Made by a program: the position numbers and the translations under genes
Assembly: GCA_963707985.1 (NCBI GenBank)
Contig: CAVPRW010000023.1
Span: forward strand, 1 to 64,000
DNA: 64,000 nucleotides
Direction: 5' to 3'
Source of the DNA: an uncultured Nitrospinota bacterium
GTDB lineage: Bacteria > Tectomicrobia > Entotheonellia > J063 > CAVPRW01
The notes under the pieces: model-generated
Database searches by the model: none
Told to the model about the DNA's origin: nothing
Seen by the model: only the letters and a program-made list of their open reading frames with translations
In this document: in pieces, positions 19,692-30,585 of the stretch
Numbering within the stretch: position 1 is the first letter of the stretch
Layout of the letters: every line of letters starts with the position of its first letter

Positions 19692-20272
19692 CCAGCGATG
19701 CCAAAGCGACGCAGCAGCGTGAGGGTCTCTTCGAGTGGGAGCCCCACGGCATTCGTATAGGAGCCCTCGACCCACTCGACCAGCGCCCCGCCGAGCCCCT
19801 GGACCGCATAGGCACCCGCCTTGTCCATCGGTTCGCCGGTGGCGAGATACCACTCGATGGTGGCCGTCGTGAAGTGACGCATGAGGACACGGGTGGCCAC
19901 CATGGTCTGCGCCGATCGATCGCCTAAACGCCCTGCCATCTCGCCCGCGACCACCGCCACCCCCGTCAAAATCTCGTGCTCCCTGCCGCACAGGCATTGC
20001 AGCATCTGGCGGGCCTCATCGAGACTCTCTGGTTTGGCTAATATCAGACCGTCGATGGTGACGGTGGTATCGGCACCCAACACAACCGCATCAGGATGAT
20101 GCTGGGCCACCGACTCTGCCTTCGCCAGAGCCAGGCGCTGCACGTACGCCGCAGCTGACTCATCGGGGAGCGGATGTTCATCGATCATGGAGGGGATGAT
20201 CTCGAAGGGGATGCGACAGGCAGCGAGCAAGTCTCGCCGGCGTGGTGAGGCGGAAGCAAGAATGAGTGCCAT
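19688..20272 (-). CDS. maf: Maf-family nucleotide pyrophosphatase
   Basis: LILASASPRRRDLL, GADT, DKAGAY, GLP motifs. Confidence 0.95.
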   Translation of the reverse strand: MALILASASPRRRDLLAACRIPFEIIPSMIDEHPLPDESAAAYVQRLALAKAESVAQHHPDAVVLGADTTVTIDGLILAKPESLDEARQMLQCLCGREHEILTGVAVVAGEMAGRLGDRSAQTMVATRVLMRHFTTATIEWYLATGEPMDKAGAYAVQGLGGALVEWVEGSYTNAVGLPLEETLTLLRRFGIAG

Positions 20273-20280
20273 GGAGGTCC

Positions 20281-21255
20281 TCAGACCTCCCGTTTGACGA
20301 TGAAGTCTGCCAGCTCCATCAACAGCTCATAGGCAGGCCCGTCGGCGAACCCCTGCAACTCCAGCTCAGCCTGCTCCACGAACCGTTCGGCTTCGCGCAG
20401 GGCGTACTCGATGCCATTGTACCTCTGGACCAGGCCGACGATGCTCTGGAAGGTCTCAGGCGATTGATCATCGCCGCGGACGAAGCGGCCAATCAGCTCT
20501 ACTTCATCAGGCACAGCATGCTGCATGGTGATGATCACGGGCAGGGTAACTTTGCCCTCCCGCAGGTCACTTCCCACCGGTTTGCCGAGGCGTTGCTCCT
20601 TACCGGTGAAGTCCAGGGCGTCATCGACGAGCTGAAATGCGCTGCCAAATGTAATGCCGAAGCGGCGCAAGCCTTCGCTACGCCCCGCCGGGAGACCGCC
20701 GAGCACGCCACCGATATAACAACAGGCGCCGAACAGGGCCGCGGTCTTCTGGCGAATAATCTGTTGGTACTCGGCTCCCGTCAAGCTGGTGTCGCCAATT
20801 TTCAGGGTCTCCATCACCTGCCCTTCGGTCATCGTCATGGTGACTTGGGTGATTTCCTTGAGAATCTGCGGGTCGCCGTCATCGACCACGAGTGCCATCG
20901 CCTTGGCATACAGAAAATCGCCAACCAGAATGGAGAGGGCACTGCCCCAGCGGGAGTTCACCGTGGGATGGCCGCGTCGCAGATGGGAATGGTCGATGAC
21001 ATCATCGTGCAGCAGGGTGGCCGTGTGCATGAACTCGATCATTGCCGAGAGGGGAAAGATGCGCTCACCGGAATACCCGGCCAGCTTTGCCGTGAGGAGT
21101 AAGAGGATGGGACGGACGCGCTTACCACCGCTGAGCAAGAGATAGCGGCCGATCTCGCCGATGCGGTCGACCTCGGAGCTCAGTTGCTGGCGGATTTCCA
21201 GCTCGACGCGAGCAAGGTCCTCCTCCGCGAATCGGAGGATTTTCTGCAGGATCAC
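20281..21255 (-). CDS. ispB: Long-chain polyprenyl diphosphate synthase (IspB/HepT-like)
   Basis: GGKRVRP, LLHDDVID, FQLVDDALD, DLREGK; GTG start with AGGAGG RBS. Confidence 0.88.
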   Translation of the reverse strand: MILQKILRFAEEDLARVELEIRQQLSSEVDRIGEIGRYLLLSGGKRVRPILLLLTAKLAGYSGERIFPLSAMIEFMHTATLLHDDVIDHSHLRRGHPTVNSRWGSALSILVGDFLYAKAMALVVDDGDPQILKEITQVTMTMTEGQVMETLKIGDTSLTGAEYQQIIRQKTAALFGACCYIGGVLGGLPAGRSEGLRRFGITFGSAFQLVDDALDFTGKEQRLGKPVGSDLREGKVTLPVIITMQHAVPDEVELIGRFVRGDDQSPETFQSIVGLVQRYNGIEYALREAERFVEQAELELQGFADGPAYELLMELADFIVKREV

Positions 21256-21304
21256 AAGGCCTCCTGCGACTTGAGATGATGCTGGATTGCACGGGATTCC
21301 CCTT

Positions 21305-21464
21305 CCAACAGAACCGGGCCGGGATGGGGGAACCAACCTGTACGCGGCGGGACTCACACGACACTGCCGTGTTCCGTCACGGTACCCGTTTCGAGCATCA
21401 CAGCGAGCGCGCGTGACCCTCAGGAGAGAGACGCTACACCACACTGGCCGCGACCCGAACAAGT
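21305..21464 (-). ncRNA. Candidate structured ncRNA, 6S RNA-like rod
   Basis: About 160 nt directly downstream of a consensus promoter; by eye it folds into a closing stem, a central bubble and a long G-U-rich apical stem. Confidence 0.45.
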
Positions 21465-21470
21465 TGCGCC

Positions 21471-21499
21471 ATCGTAAGACATGCGTCAATCATTGTCAA
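21471..21499 (-). promoter_or_regulatory. Sigma70 promoter for the ncRNA / ispB-maf transcript
   Basis: Minus strand TTGACA-17 bp-TACGAT. Confidence 0.75.
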
Positions 21500-21549
21500 G
21501 GTTTTTACACTTCTGGCTGAGATTCCAACATGCGGTTTCCCTTTGCGCT

Positions 21550-21606
21550 GTGAGCCCATACCTCACCAGGACTTCTGGCAGGGTTCCAATCCTTGGCGGC
21601 ACACCA
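21550..21606 (+). pseudogene. tRNA-like 3' remnant
   Basis: GTGAG-CCCATAC-CTCAC anticodon-like arm, T-arm CAGGG-TTCCAAT-CCTTG, 7-nt acceptor strand + A + CCA; no matching 5' half. Confidence 0.35.
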
Positions 21607-21841
21607 TCGCAAAACCTGGCCACGTAGGGGCTGACCGCGCCTGGAGGGCTCTGATGTCAGGATCTCAGGCCCGCCTCTGCATTCTTTGACTTGACTCACG
21701 GGAACGTGGTAAGGTGGCTCTATACCAGCGCTGCAATCGTCGTGCAGCGCTCTACGGATAGCCTCGATCCCTTGCATTTTTCACAGGTTGTCGTCAGGTT
21801 GTCGTGTTGAAGACTCAGCACGGGCCGCAGGAGATGCTTGT

Positions 21842-22786
21842 ATGGTCGATCATGAGCAGATCACCACAGATCTCCGGTTCGCTATACCGCCCAAAGGCCG
21901 GCAAGCGGAGATGGTCTCCCGGCAGGTGATTTCGGTGCGACAGGGCGTCTGGTGCCGGCAGCGGGATCAGCTCGTCGCCGAGGAGCCGATGGAAATTCAG
22001 GTGGGCGGCCCCGACCAGGACATGATCAGCCTGGCGGTGACCATGCGGACACCAGGACACGATGGCGAGCTCGCGATAGGCTTCTTATATGCTGAGGGCT
22101 TGATCAACTCACACGACGATATTTTGTCTGTGCATGGAGGCGGGCGCTCCGCAGTCGGCCATACCTGTAACATCGTCGAAGTGCGGCTGGTTCGGCCGTT
22201 CGATCTCACAGCTGCCAAGCGCAACTTTACCGCCACGTCCAGCTGTGGACTGTGCGGCAAAGTGTCCATCCAGCAAGTGGCTATCCACTGTCCTCCTGCG
22301 GCGCCAGGTCCTGTGGTTGACAGCTCCCTCCTGATGCCACTCCCCTATGCCCTACGCCAGGCCCAACGGGTGTTCGAGCAGACTGGAGGGCTGCATGCCG
22401 CTGGCCTCTTCGACCAGGCGGGTCGGTTGCTTTCGATGCGGGAAGACATCGGCCGGCATAATGCTGTGGACAAGCTCATCGGCCAGATGCTGCAGGTGGG
22501 AGAAGTGCCTCTGAAAGATCACCTGCTGTTGGTTTCCGGTCGTGTCAGCTTCGAAATCGTACAAAAAGCCGCCATGGCAGGGGTGCCGATTCTCTGTGCT
22601 GTCTCGGCCGCCTCCAGTCTGGCCATCGAGGCCGCGCAGCATTTCAACATGACGCTTGTGGGGTTCCTGCGCGACCAGAGCTTTAACATCTATACCCATC
22701 CGGAGCGCATTGCGCTCGAGTGCTCCAAGGAGAAGTCTAGCCATGAAACGCTCATACGTCCGACTGACAGAGCCTCTGGTACGTGA
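21842..22786 (+). CDS. fdhD: Formate dehydrogenase accessory sulfurtransferase FdhD
   Basis: EEP, TMRTPG, SSCGLCG, TGGLHAAG, EDIGRHNAVDK motifs. Confidence 0.95.
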   Translation: MVDHEQITTDLRFAIPPKGRQAEMVSRQVISVRQGVWCRQRDQLVAEEPMEIQVGGPDQDMISLAVTMRTPGHDGELAIGFLYAEGLINSHDDILSVHGGGRSAVGHTCNIVEVRLVRPFDLTAAKRNFTATSSCGLCGKVSIQQVAIHCPPAAPGPVVDSSLLMPLPYALRQAQRVFEQTGGLHAAGLFDQAGRLLSMREDIGRHNAVDKLIGQMLQVGEVPLKDHLLLVSGRVSFEIVQKAAMAGVPILCAVSAASSLAIEAAQHFNMTLVGFLRDQSFNIYTHPERIALECSKEKSSHETLIRPTDRASGT

Positions 22787-24647
22787 TCATGGCCACTTGC
22801 GGCCAGCGACCTGGGAGGAGGCTTTGAATCGTGCGGCTGCAGGATTCAGAGTCGCCGTGGAACAGCACGGACCGCGGACGTTCGGCTTGTTCAGCTGCTC
22901 GAAGGCCACCAACGAGATGAATTTCATCGCACAGAAATTCGCCCGGTTGGTCATCGGCAGCAACAATATCGATAGCTGCAACCGGACCTGACACGCCCCA
23001 AGCGTCGCCGGGCTGGCGGCGGTATTCGGAGCCGGAGGGGGCACCAGTTCGTACCGTGAGATCGAAGAGACAGATGTGATTCTCCTATGGGGTTCGAATG
23101 CGCGGGAGACGCACCCGATTTTCTTTCATCATCTGGTGAAAGGTGTGCGCCGTGGCGCCAAGTTATATGTCATCGACCCGCGTCGCACCAGTTCAGCCGC
23201 CTGGGCTGATGGCTGGCTAGGTCTTGAAGTGGGGTCGGACATCGCACTCGCCAATGCCATCGGTCGTGAAATCCTGGCCGCGGGATTGGCCAATGAGGCA
23301 TTCATCGCCCAGGCCACCAGCGGCTTTGAGGATTATCGCGCCGGTGTCGAGCCCTACACACTCGCCTATGCCGAGCGCGAAACCGGGGTGCCGGCTGGGC
23401 TCATCCGCGAGCTGGCGCATACTTATGCCAAAGCCGATCGAGCCATGATTTGCTGGACCCTCGGTATCACCGAACATCATAACGCCGTGGACAACGTCGT
23501 CGCGCTCATCAATCTCGCTCTGTTGACGGGGCACGTCGGCCGTTATGGCTCAGGGCTGAATCCGTTGCGCGGCCAAAACAACGTCCAGGGGGGCGGCGAC
23601 ATGGGGGCACTTCCCGACCGCTTGCCCGGCTTCCAGCACGTGGAGGACGATGGGCTGCGGGCCAAGTTCGAGGCACTCTGGGGCCAGCAGATCCCGCCGA
23701 AGCGCGGCTGGCATCTCAGCGGGATGTTCGACGCCATGGAACGCGGCGAACTGACGGCTTTGTATGTCATCGGCGAAAACCCGGCGCAATCGGAGGCGGA
23801 TGCCACGCGGGCCCTGCATTTGCTGGGCGATCTGAAGCATCTGGTGGTGCAGGACATGTTTCTCACGGCCACGGCGGAACTCGCGCATGTCGTGTTGCCG
23901 GCGGCGGCAAGCTGGTGCGAATCCGAGGGCACGGTGACCAATAGCGAACGTCGCGTCCAGCGGGTGCGCAAGGCCCTCAATCCACCGGGCCAGGCGCGTG
24001 ACGACATGGCCATCATCTACGACCTGGCGCGTCGACTCGGGTATGACTGGGGCGAGCCATCGGCCGAAAGCGCCTGGAACGAATTACGCCACCTCAGCCC
24101 CAATCATGCCGGCATGAGCTATCACCGGCTTGAACAGCTGGGCGGTTTGCAGTGGCCCTGTTATGACGAGCAGCATCCGGGCACGCTGTTTCTCCATGCC
24201 CGCCTGTGGGAAGAACCCGTACAGGGGCCAAGAGCGCCATTCCATGTCGTCGAGCATGATCCCCCCGTGGATCGTACCGATGCAGACTATCCTATCCGCC
24301 TCACCACGGGGCGTCGACTGGATTCCTACAATACGGGGGTGCAGACTGGGAGATATACTTCTCCCTTACGACGCAGCGAGAGCCTCGATCTCTCACCCGA
24401 GGATGGACAGCACTATCACATCTGCGAGGGGGAGTGGGTAAAAGTCAGCTCGCGTCGGGGATCGATTCTGACCCCCGTGCACTTCGATCCGGGTCTGAGG
24501 CCTGGCCTGGCGTTCATGACCCTACACTTTCAGGATGAAGTGGCCACCAATCTGCTGACGATTGACGCGACCGACCCCAAGTCCGGTACGGCGGAATTCA
24601 AAGCTACCGCTATCCGCATCGACAAGATCGCCACCACACACGACTAG
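22743..24647 (+). CDS. fdhF: Formate dehydrogenase catalytic Mo/W-bisPGD subunit, selenocysteine-containing (UGA at 22989-22991)
   Basis: NNIDSCNRT-TGA-HAPSVAGL continues in frame into the 23076 ORF (LRGQNNVQG); SECIS-like hairpin 11 nt downstream. Confidence 0.92.
23003..23021 (+). promoter_or_regulatory. Bacterial SECIS element
   Basis: CGTCGCC-GGGCT-GGCGGCG stem-loop 11 nt after the in-frame UGA, the same spacing as the E. coli fdhF SECIS. Confidence 0.75.
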
Positions 24648-24698
24648 CAGGGCACGAGCTGGCGTTCGCCGGCAGCTCTGAGGCCAGGAGACACCAGC

Positions 24699-26546
24699 AT
24701 GGATTTGCATTTGCATCCTACTCCCGCCGCATCCGAGGAACAGGCGGCGGTGGATGCGCTCTTAGGATCATCCGCACCCGAGCGCGCAGAGGGGCTCAAA
24801 CATCTGGCTGGGGGTGGGCAGGCAGCCGCTCAGGAGCAGCGTCAGCTGTTGTTGCCAGCGCTACGAGCTGTGCAGGCACGCATGGGCTGGATCAGCCCGG
24901 CAGCACTCAGCTACATCTGCGAGCGCTTGACCATTCCACCCGCCGAAGCCTACGGCGTGGCCAGCTTCTATGCTCTTCTGGCACTTTCTCCACAGCCACC
25001 CGTTATCTTGCACCTTTGCGAAGATCTCGCCTGTATGGTCACTGGGGCCGACAACATCCGTGCTGAGCTGGAGCATCACCTTGGCCCAGCGGGCACGCCG
25101 ACGGCAGATGGCCGTGCCACCTGGCATCTGAGCCCTTGCCTCGGACTGTGTGAGCGCGCACCGGCAGCACTCTACCTCGCGGCGGGAGAACAGCCGCAAG
25201 AAGCGGAACTGGCTCCAACGACAGCCGCGGACCTCGTGCAGCGTTTACGCGAACTCTCCCCCGACCGGCCACCGCTACGGTTAATCCCCCAGGCGGGCGA
25301 TGCCACCCTGCGCCTCTTGCGCAGAGTCGGAAGGGTTGATCCCACCAGCCTCGATGCCTATCGTGCCCATGGTGGCTATGCCGCCTTGCGCCGAGCCATC
25401 GAACTGGGTCCAGAGGCGATCATCCGGGAGGTGAACGATGCCAAACTGCTCGGACGGGGCGGGGCCGCGTTTCCCACGGGTCGAAAGTGGGAAGCGGTGG
25501 CACACACTGCGGTGCGGCCGCATTACCTCGTGTGCAATGCCGACGAGTCGGAACCAGGTACCTTCAAGGATCGCCTGTTGATGGAAGAAGATCCCTTCGC
25601 GCTGTTGGAGGCCATGACCATCGCCGCCTTTGCCACCGGCTGTGAGCAGGGCTACCTATATATTCGGGGGGAGTATCCCCTGGCGACCAGACGTCTCACC
25701 CATGCCATCGTGCAGGCACGTGCCCGAGGCTTGTTGGGTGCGGATGTGATGGCCCAAGGATTTCGCTTTGATATCGAGTTGCGACGCGGCGCTGGGGCCT
25801 ATATCTGCGGTGAAGAGACGGCCCTGTTGAACTCCATCGAGGGCTACCGTGGCGAGCCACGCAACAAGCCACCATTCCCCGTGCAAGTAGGGCTGTTCGG
25901 TAAACCGACCGTGGTCAATAATGTTGAGACCCTGGTCAATGTTCTTGAAGTGATTCTGCACGGAGGAACGAACTTTGCCTCCATCGGGACCGCCGCCTCG
26001 ACGGGCACAAAACTCTTCTGTGTCTCTGGCTGTATCGCGTGCCCAGGCGTTTACGAGGTCCCCTTCGGCACGACCCTGCAGCAAATGCTGGACCTGGCGG
26101 GTGGCGTACGACAAGGACGGGCACTGCAGGCCGTCCTGTTGGGTGGAGCGGCTGGTACATTGCTCACCTCTGCGCAGCTCGACACGCCGTTGACATTCGA
26201 GGGCACGCGTGCCGTCGGTGCCACTATCGGTTCAGGTGCTGTCATGGTCTTCGATGATACCATTGAGATGAAAGCGGTGTTGTCGCGCATCGTCGCATTC
26301 TTCCGAGATGAGTCGTGCGGGCAGTGCGTCCCCTGTCGCATCGGGACCGTACGCCAGGAGGAATTGCTGCATCGACTGATCGGTGGCCACCTGCTGGGCT
26401 CGCTTCAGGATGAGCTGGCTCTCCATGCCGAGATCGCCCAGGTCATGCGGGACGCGTCGATTTGCGGTCTGGGGCAAACCGCTCCCAGCGCTCTCGAATC
26501 GGCCATTACTCAGCTGCAATTTTTCACTCCAGAGGAGGCATCATGA
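24699..26546 (+). CDS. Fused NuoE/NuoF-like NAD(H) diaphorase subunit of the FDH complex
   Basis: CLGLCERAP (NuoE 2Fe-2S); GRGGAAFPTG, NADESEPG, GAGAYICGEETAL, ESCGQCVPCR, ICGLG (NuoF). Confidence 0.92.
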   Translation: MDLHLHPTPAASEEQAAVDALLGSSAPERAEGLKHLAGGGQAAAQEQRQLLLPALRAVQARMGWISPAALSYICERLTIPPAEAYGVASFYALLALSPQPPVILHLCEDLACMVTGADNIRAELEHHLGPAGTPTADGRATWHLSPCLGLCERAPAALYLAAGEQPQEAELAPTTAADLVQRLRELSPDRPPLRLIPQAGDATLRLLRRVGRVDPTSLDAYRAHGGYAALRRAIELGPEAIIREVNDAKLLGRGGAAFPTGRKWEAVAHTAVRPHYLVCNADESEPGTFKDRLLMEEDPFALLEAMTIAAFATGCEQGYLYIRGEYPLATRRLTHAIVQARARGLLGADVMAQGFRFDIELRRGAGAYICGEETALLNSIEGYRGEPRNKPPFPVQVGLFGKPTVVNNVETLVNVLEVILHGGTNFASIGTAASTGTKLFCVSGCIACPGVYEVPFGTTLQQMLDLAGGVRQGRALQAVLLGGAAGTLLTSAQLDTPLTFEGTRAVGATIGSGAVMVFDDTIEMKAVLSRIVAFFRDESCGQCVPCRIGTVRQEELLHRLIGGHLLGSLQDELALHAEIAQVMRDASICGLGQTAPSALESAITQLQFFTPEEAS

Positions 26547-27484
26547 GAGGGGACAGGCCCGGTCAGGCCGCTCGTGAGATCGAATTGAGCATCGATGGGG
26601 ATGCGCTGCGGGTGCCCGAAGGGACGACGATTCTCGAAGCCTGTCGGTGCCAGGATATTGCCATCCCGACCTTGTGCTATCTGGAGAATCTGACTCCGGT
26701 CAATGTCTGCCGGGTCTGCGTGGTCGAAGTCGAAGGCTCGCGTACGCTGGTACCCGCCTGCTCGCGACGGGTCGAGTCGGGTATGGTCGTGCAAACCGAT
26801 TCCGCGCGCGTTCGCCTGAGCCGGCGCATGGTGCTGGAATTCCTGGCCTCCACGGTCGATCTATCGCTGGCCCCGACGGTGGAGGATTATCTGCAACGCT
26901 ACCAGGCTCGCCCTGAACGCTATGGGGCACCTGAATCCCCGCGACAACGTGAGCTGCAGGGGGTGGGTCATCATCACCAACCCGTGGACAGGAGCGCCGC
27001 CAATGTGGCACAACCCCCGATGCTCGATAACGACCTCTATGTGCGGGACTATTCACGCTGCATCTTGTGTTACAAGTGTGTCGAAGCCTGTGGTGTGGAT
27101 GCTCAGAACACTTTTGCCATCGCCGTCGCCGGGCGTGGTTTCGAGGCGCAGATCTCGACCGAGTTCGCGGTACCGCTACCGGAGTCAGCCTGTGTGTATT
27201 GCGGCAACTGCATTGGTGTCTGTCCCACGGGTGCCCTCATGCCCCGCCGTGAGCATGAGATGCGTCAGGCCGGCACCTGGGATGAGGCGCAGCAGACGCG
27301 CACCGATACCATCTGCCCATACTGTGGGGTCGGGTGTACGTTAACGCTCCACGTCCAGGACAATCTCATTGTGAAGGCGACCTCTCCTCTCGAACACGAT
27401 ATTGGCCACGGCCACCTGTGTATCAAAGGACGGTTTGGCTGGGAATTTGTGCAGGCTGACCTCAAAGGTGCTGGCGACCAATGA
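26543..27484 (+). CDS. Fe-S subunit of the FDH complex (2Fe-2S, 2x4Fe-4S and the molybdopterin-proximal 4Fe-4S motif)
   Basis: IPTLC...CRVCVV, CILCYKCVEAC, CVYCGNCIGVCP, TICPYCGVGC...LCIKG; ATGA overlap with the upstream gene. Confidence 0.92.
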   Translation: MRGDRPGQAAREIELSIDGDALRVPEGTTILEACRCQDIAIPTLCYLENLTPVNVCRVCVVEVEGSRTLVPACSRRVESGMVVQTDSARVRLSRRMVLEFLASTVDLSLAPTVEDYLQRYQARPERYGAPESPRQRELQGVGHHHQPVDRSAANVAQPPMLDNDLYVRDYSRCILCYKCVEACGVDAQNTFAIAVAGRGFEAQISTEFAVPLPESACVYCGNCIGVCPTGALMPRREHEMRQAGTWDEAQQTRTDTICPYCGVGCTLTLHVQDNLIVKATSPLEHDIGHGHLCIKGRFGWEFVQADLKGAGDQ

Positions 27485-27859
27485 TGTGCGACATTGCAGA
27501 AAACCTCCTCCGGCGCGTCTGGTCTCCAGGGTCACGCCAGCGCATTGGCTTCGGAGGTTGGGGGTAAGCCAAACGATCCGGTAGCGCCCATCTCGCTGCA
27601 ATATCGATCCCGCTCGTTTTCCTGGCAGCAGCTGTTTGATCATATCTACTCGACCACCTCCTTTCGATCACCACATCGATGATCAGCAGGTCTGCAGACG
27701 CCTGCGTCACATCTCGGAACACTCTATGCGAAGGTCAGGGGAGCCGGCCATGTCGGCAGGAGTACCTATCATTGTCCTGGTGCTGGAGATCGGGATGGTC
27801 TATAAGGTTGCCTCAACATCAATGCGCAAGTCTATAAGGATGAGCCAGGGGGGTAGGAC

Positions 27860-30585
27860 ATGCGACGAATAGCGATCACAGTGGCCGTCACGGGTGTCGT
27901 CGCCGGGTTGATTGTACTAGGGCTGACCACTGATTTTCTGGTGGATTGGGCCTGGTTTTCAGCTATCGGCTATTTGCCGGTCTTCTGGACGATTCTCGGC
28001 GCCCAAACACTCCTCTTCCTAGCCACGCTTTGTCGGCTCTGCCACCTTATTGTGGGTGAATGGCTTCATCGCCTACCGGTGCGCTCAGCCACGCCGGCGT
28101 ATAGCTCGTGTCGACGGAGGTGGGGCATCGACGCGCGATTCAGACCTTCCCAGAACTGTGGGAGCTCACGAGCCGACGTCTCCCATGGCCTCTCCTCATC
28201 GGAGGGAGCGCCATCATCATAGGGCTCCTAGTGGCCGTTGGCGAGGTGAGTAATTGGGAGGTCGTCCTGCGCTTCATCCATCAAGTCCCGTATGGGCTCA
28301 GTGATCCATTATATGGCAAGGATGTCAGCTTTTACCTCTTCTCCCTACCCACGTTTCTGTCTCTGAAAAATTGGTTCCTGCTCATGCTCTTCTTCAGTGC
28401 CGTCATGGCTGGAGTGGTGTATGGGCTGAACGGCGGCATCGACTTCGACGACCAACGTTGGTCGATGTCTCCTGCGGCGATCGCTCATGGCTCCGTCCTG
28501 CTGGCGCTCTTCTTCCTGGTGAAAGCCTGGTCCTACGGTCTGGACCGCTTTCTCCTACTCTACGGCGATAATGGGGTCGTGGTGGGCGCCAGTTACACCG
28601 ATGTCCATGTCGAGTTGCCGGTCCTCTGGTTGTTGGTTGGGCTAGCAGTGCTGGCAAGCCTGGCGTCGTTGGCCAATGTGTGGATACGCACCTATAAGCT
28701 TCCCGCGGCTGCCGCCGTGCTGGTCTTCGGCAGCTCTGTGGTGTTCGGCCAGGTATTCCCGGCCCTGTATCAACGCATATTTGTGAAACCAAGCGAGCTG
28801 CAGCTGGAGAAGCCCTATCTCCAGCACAACATTTCTCTGACACAGCAGGCGTATAACCTCCAGCAGATCACCGTCAAACCCTTCCCCGCGGAGCAAAACT
28901 TAACCTTCCAGAAACTCCAGGACAATAAACCGACCATCGAAAACATTCGCTTGTGGGACTGGCGGCCATTGATGGACACCTACGGTCAACTCCAGGAGAT
29001 TCGGACCTATTACAAATTCCATGATGTGGATGTGGATCGTTACCGGCTTGATGGTACGTATCAACAGGTCATGTTGTCGGCGCGCGAGTTGAAGTCATCA
29101 CTCCTCCCTCCTAATGCCCAGACCTGGGTGAACCGTCATGTGCTCTTCACTCATGGGAATGGGGTGGTCATGAGCCCGGTCACTCGCAAGAACCCAGAAG
29201 GATTGCCGACCTTCTATCTGCAGGATATCCCCACGGTCTCGACCGGCGGCCCGCCGATTCAAGAATCGCGCATCTACTATGGGGAGGAGACCGATGGATA
29301 CATCATCGTCAAGGCGACGACCCCGGAGTTCGATTATCCACAGGGGAAGGATAACGTCTATGGGATGTATACCGGAAGCGGGGGAGTCCCCGTCGGCGGA
29401 TTGGCGCGCAGGTCGCTCTTCGCCTGGTACTTCAAAGACCTGAACCTGCTGCTCAGCAGCTATATCACCGGCGACAGCCGCATCATGATGCGCCGCACCA
29501 TTCAAGAGCGCGTCCGCACGATCGCGCCATTCCTCCGTCTGGACCGCGATCCGTATCTCGTGATTAGCAATGGGCGGCTGTTCTGGATGCAGGACGCCTA
29601 CACCACGAGCGCGTATTTCCCATACTCTCAGCCCCTGCGGGACTTAGGGCTGAACTACATCCGCAATGCCGTCAAGGTCATCATCGATGCTTATGACGGG
29701 ACGGTTGATTTCTACATCATGGACCCTGCAGACCCGATCATTGCGACCTACCAACGGATTTTCCCGACGCTCTTCAAACCGTTTGCAGCCATGCCCGACG
29801 CCTTGCAACGACACATTCGCTACCCGGAGGACTTCTTCTTCATCCAGGCGCAATTGTATCGCACCTACCATATGGCTAATCCCGAAGTCTTCTACAACCG
29901 AGAGGATCTTTGGCAGTTTCCTCGCGAACAGTCCGGCAATGAGACGGCCACCACAGCCCCATACTACATCATCATGCGCTTGCCCGAAGAGCCGCAGGCG
30001 GAGTTTTTCCTCATGCTCCCCATGGTACCGAGCCAGCGAGAGAATATGATCGCCTGGCTGGCGGCGCGCTGCGATCCGCCCGATTACGGCAAGCTGATCG
30101 TCTACGAGTTCCCCAAGGACAAGCTCGTGTATGGCCCATTTCAAATCGAAGCGCGCATCAACCAGAACCCCCAAATCTCTCAACAGCTCTCCCTCTGGAA
30201 TCAGATGGGGTCGAGAGTCCTCCGCGGCAATCTCCTGGTCATCCCGATCGAAAACTCGATTTTGTATATTTCACCCCTCTATCTCCGTGCTGAGACAGGC
30301 CAATTGCCGGAGTTGAAGCGGGTTATCGCGGCGTATGGCGATCAGGTGGTCATGGAAGAGACGCTCCCCGCCGCCCTGGCAGCTTTGTTCAGAGAAACCG
30401 CCCCGCCCGCCCTGCTTCCTGAGGCAAGGGCTAGTCTGCCACTCGCAGGGCTGACCACCGATCGGGCCCGAGAGGCGTTGAGCCATTATCAGCAAGCCAT
30501 GGAACAGCTGAAGTCTGGCAACTGGAGTGGTTTTGGGGCTGAGTTGGAAGCGCTACGACAGCTTCTTGAAGAGGTCGGCCAATAG
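27860..30585 (+). CDS. UPF0182 (COG1615) membrane protein, two +1 frameshifts near 28030 and 28130
   Basis: DWAWFSAIGY, DPLYGKDVSFY, IRLWD, THGNG, NYIRNAVK, GNLLVIPI. Confidence 0.9.

Noticed and set aside
21305..21464. SRP (4.5S) RNA
   Set aside because: Lacks the conserved helix-8 CAGG...GGAA...AGCAG motif in the correct arrangement.
22989..22991. Nonsense mutation making fdhF a pseudogene
   Set aside because: The UGA is at the catalytic Cys/Sec position and is followed by a SECIS-like hairpin; selenocysteine recoding is the better explanation.
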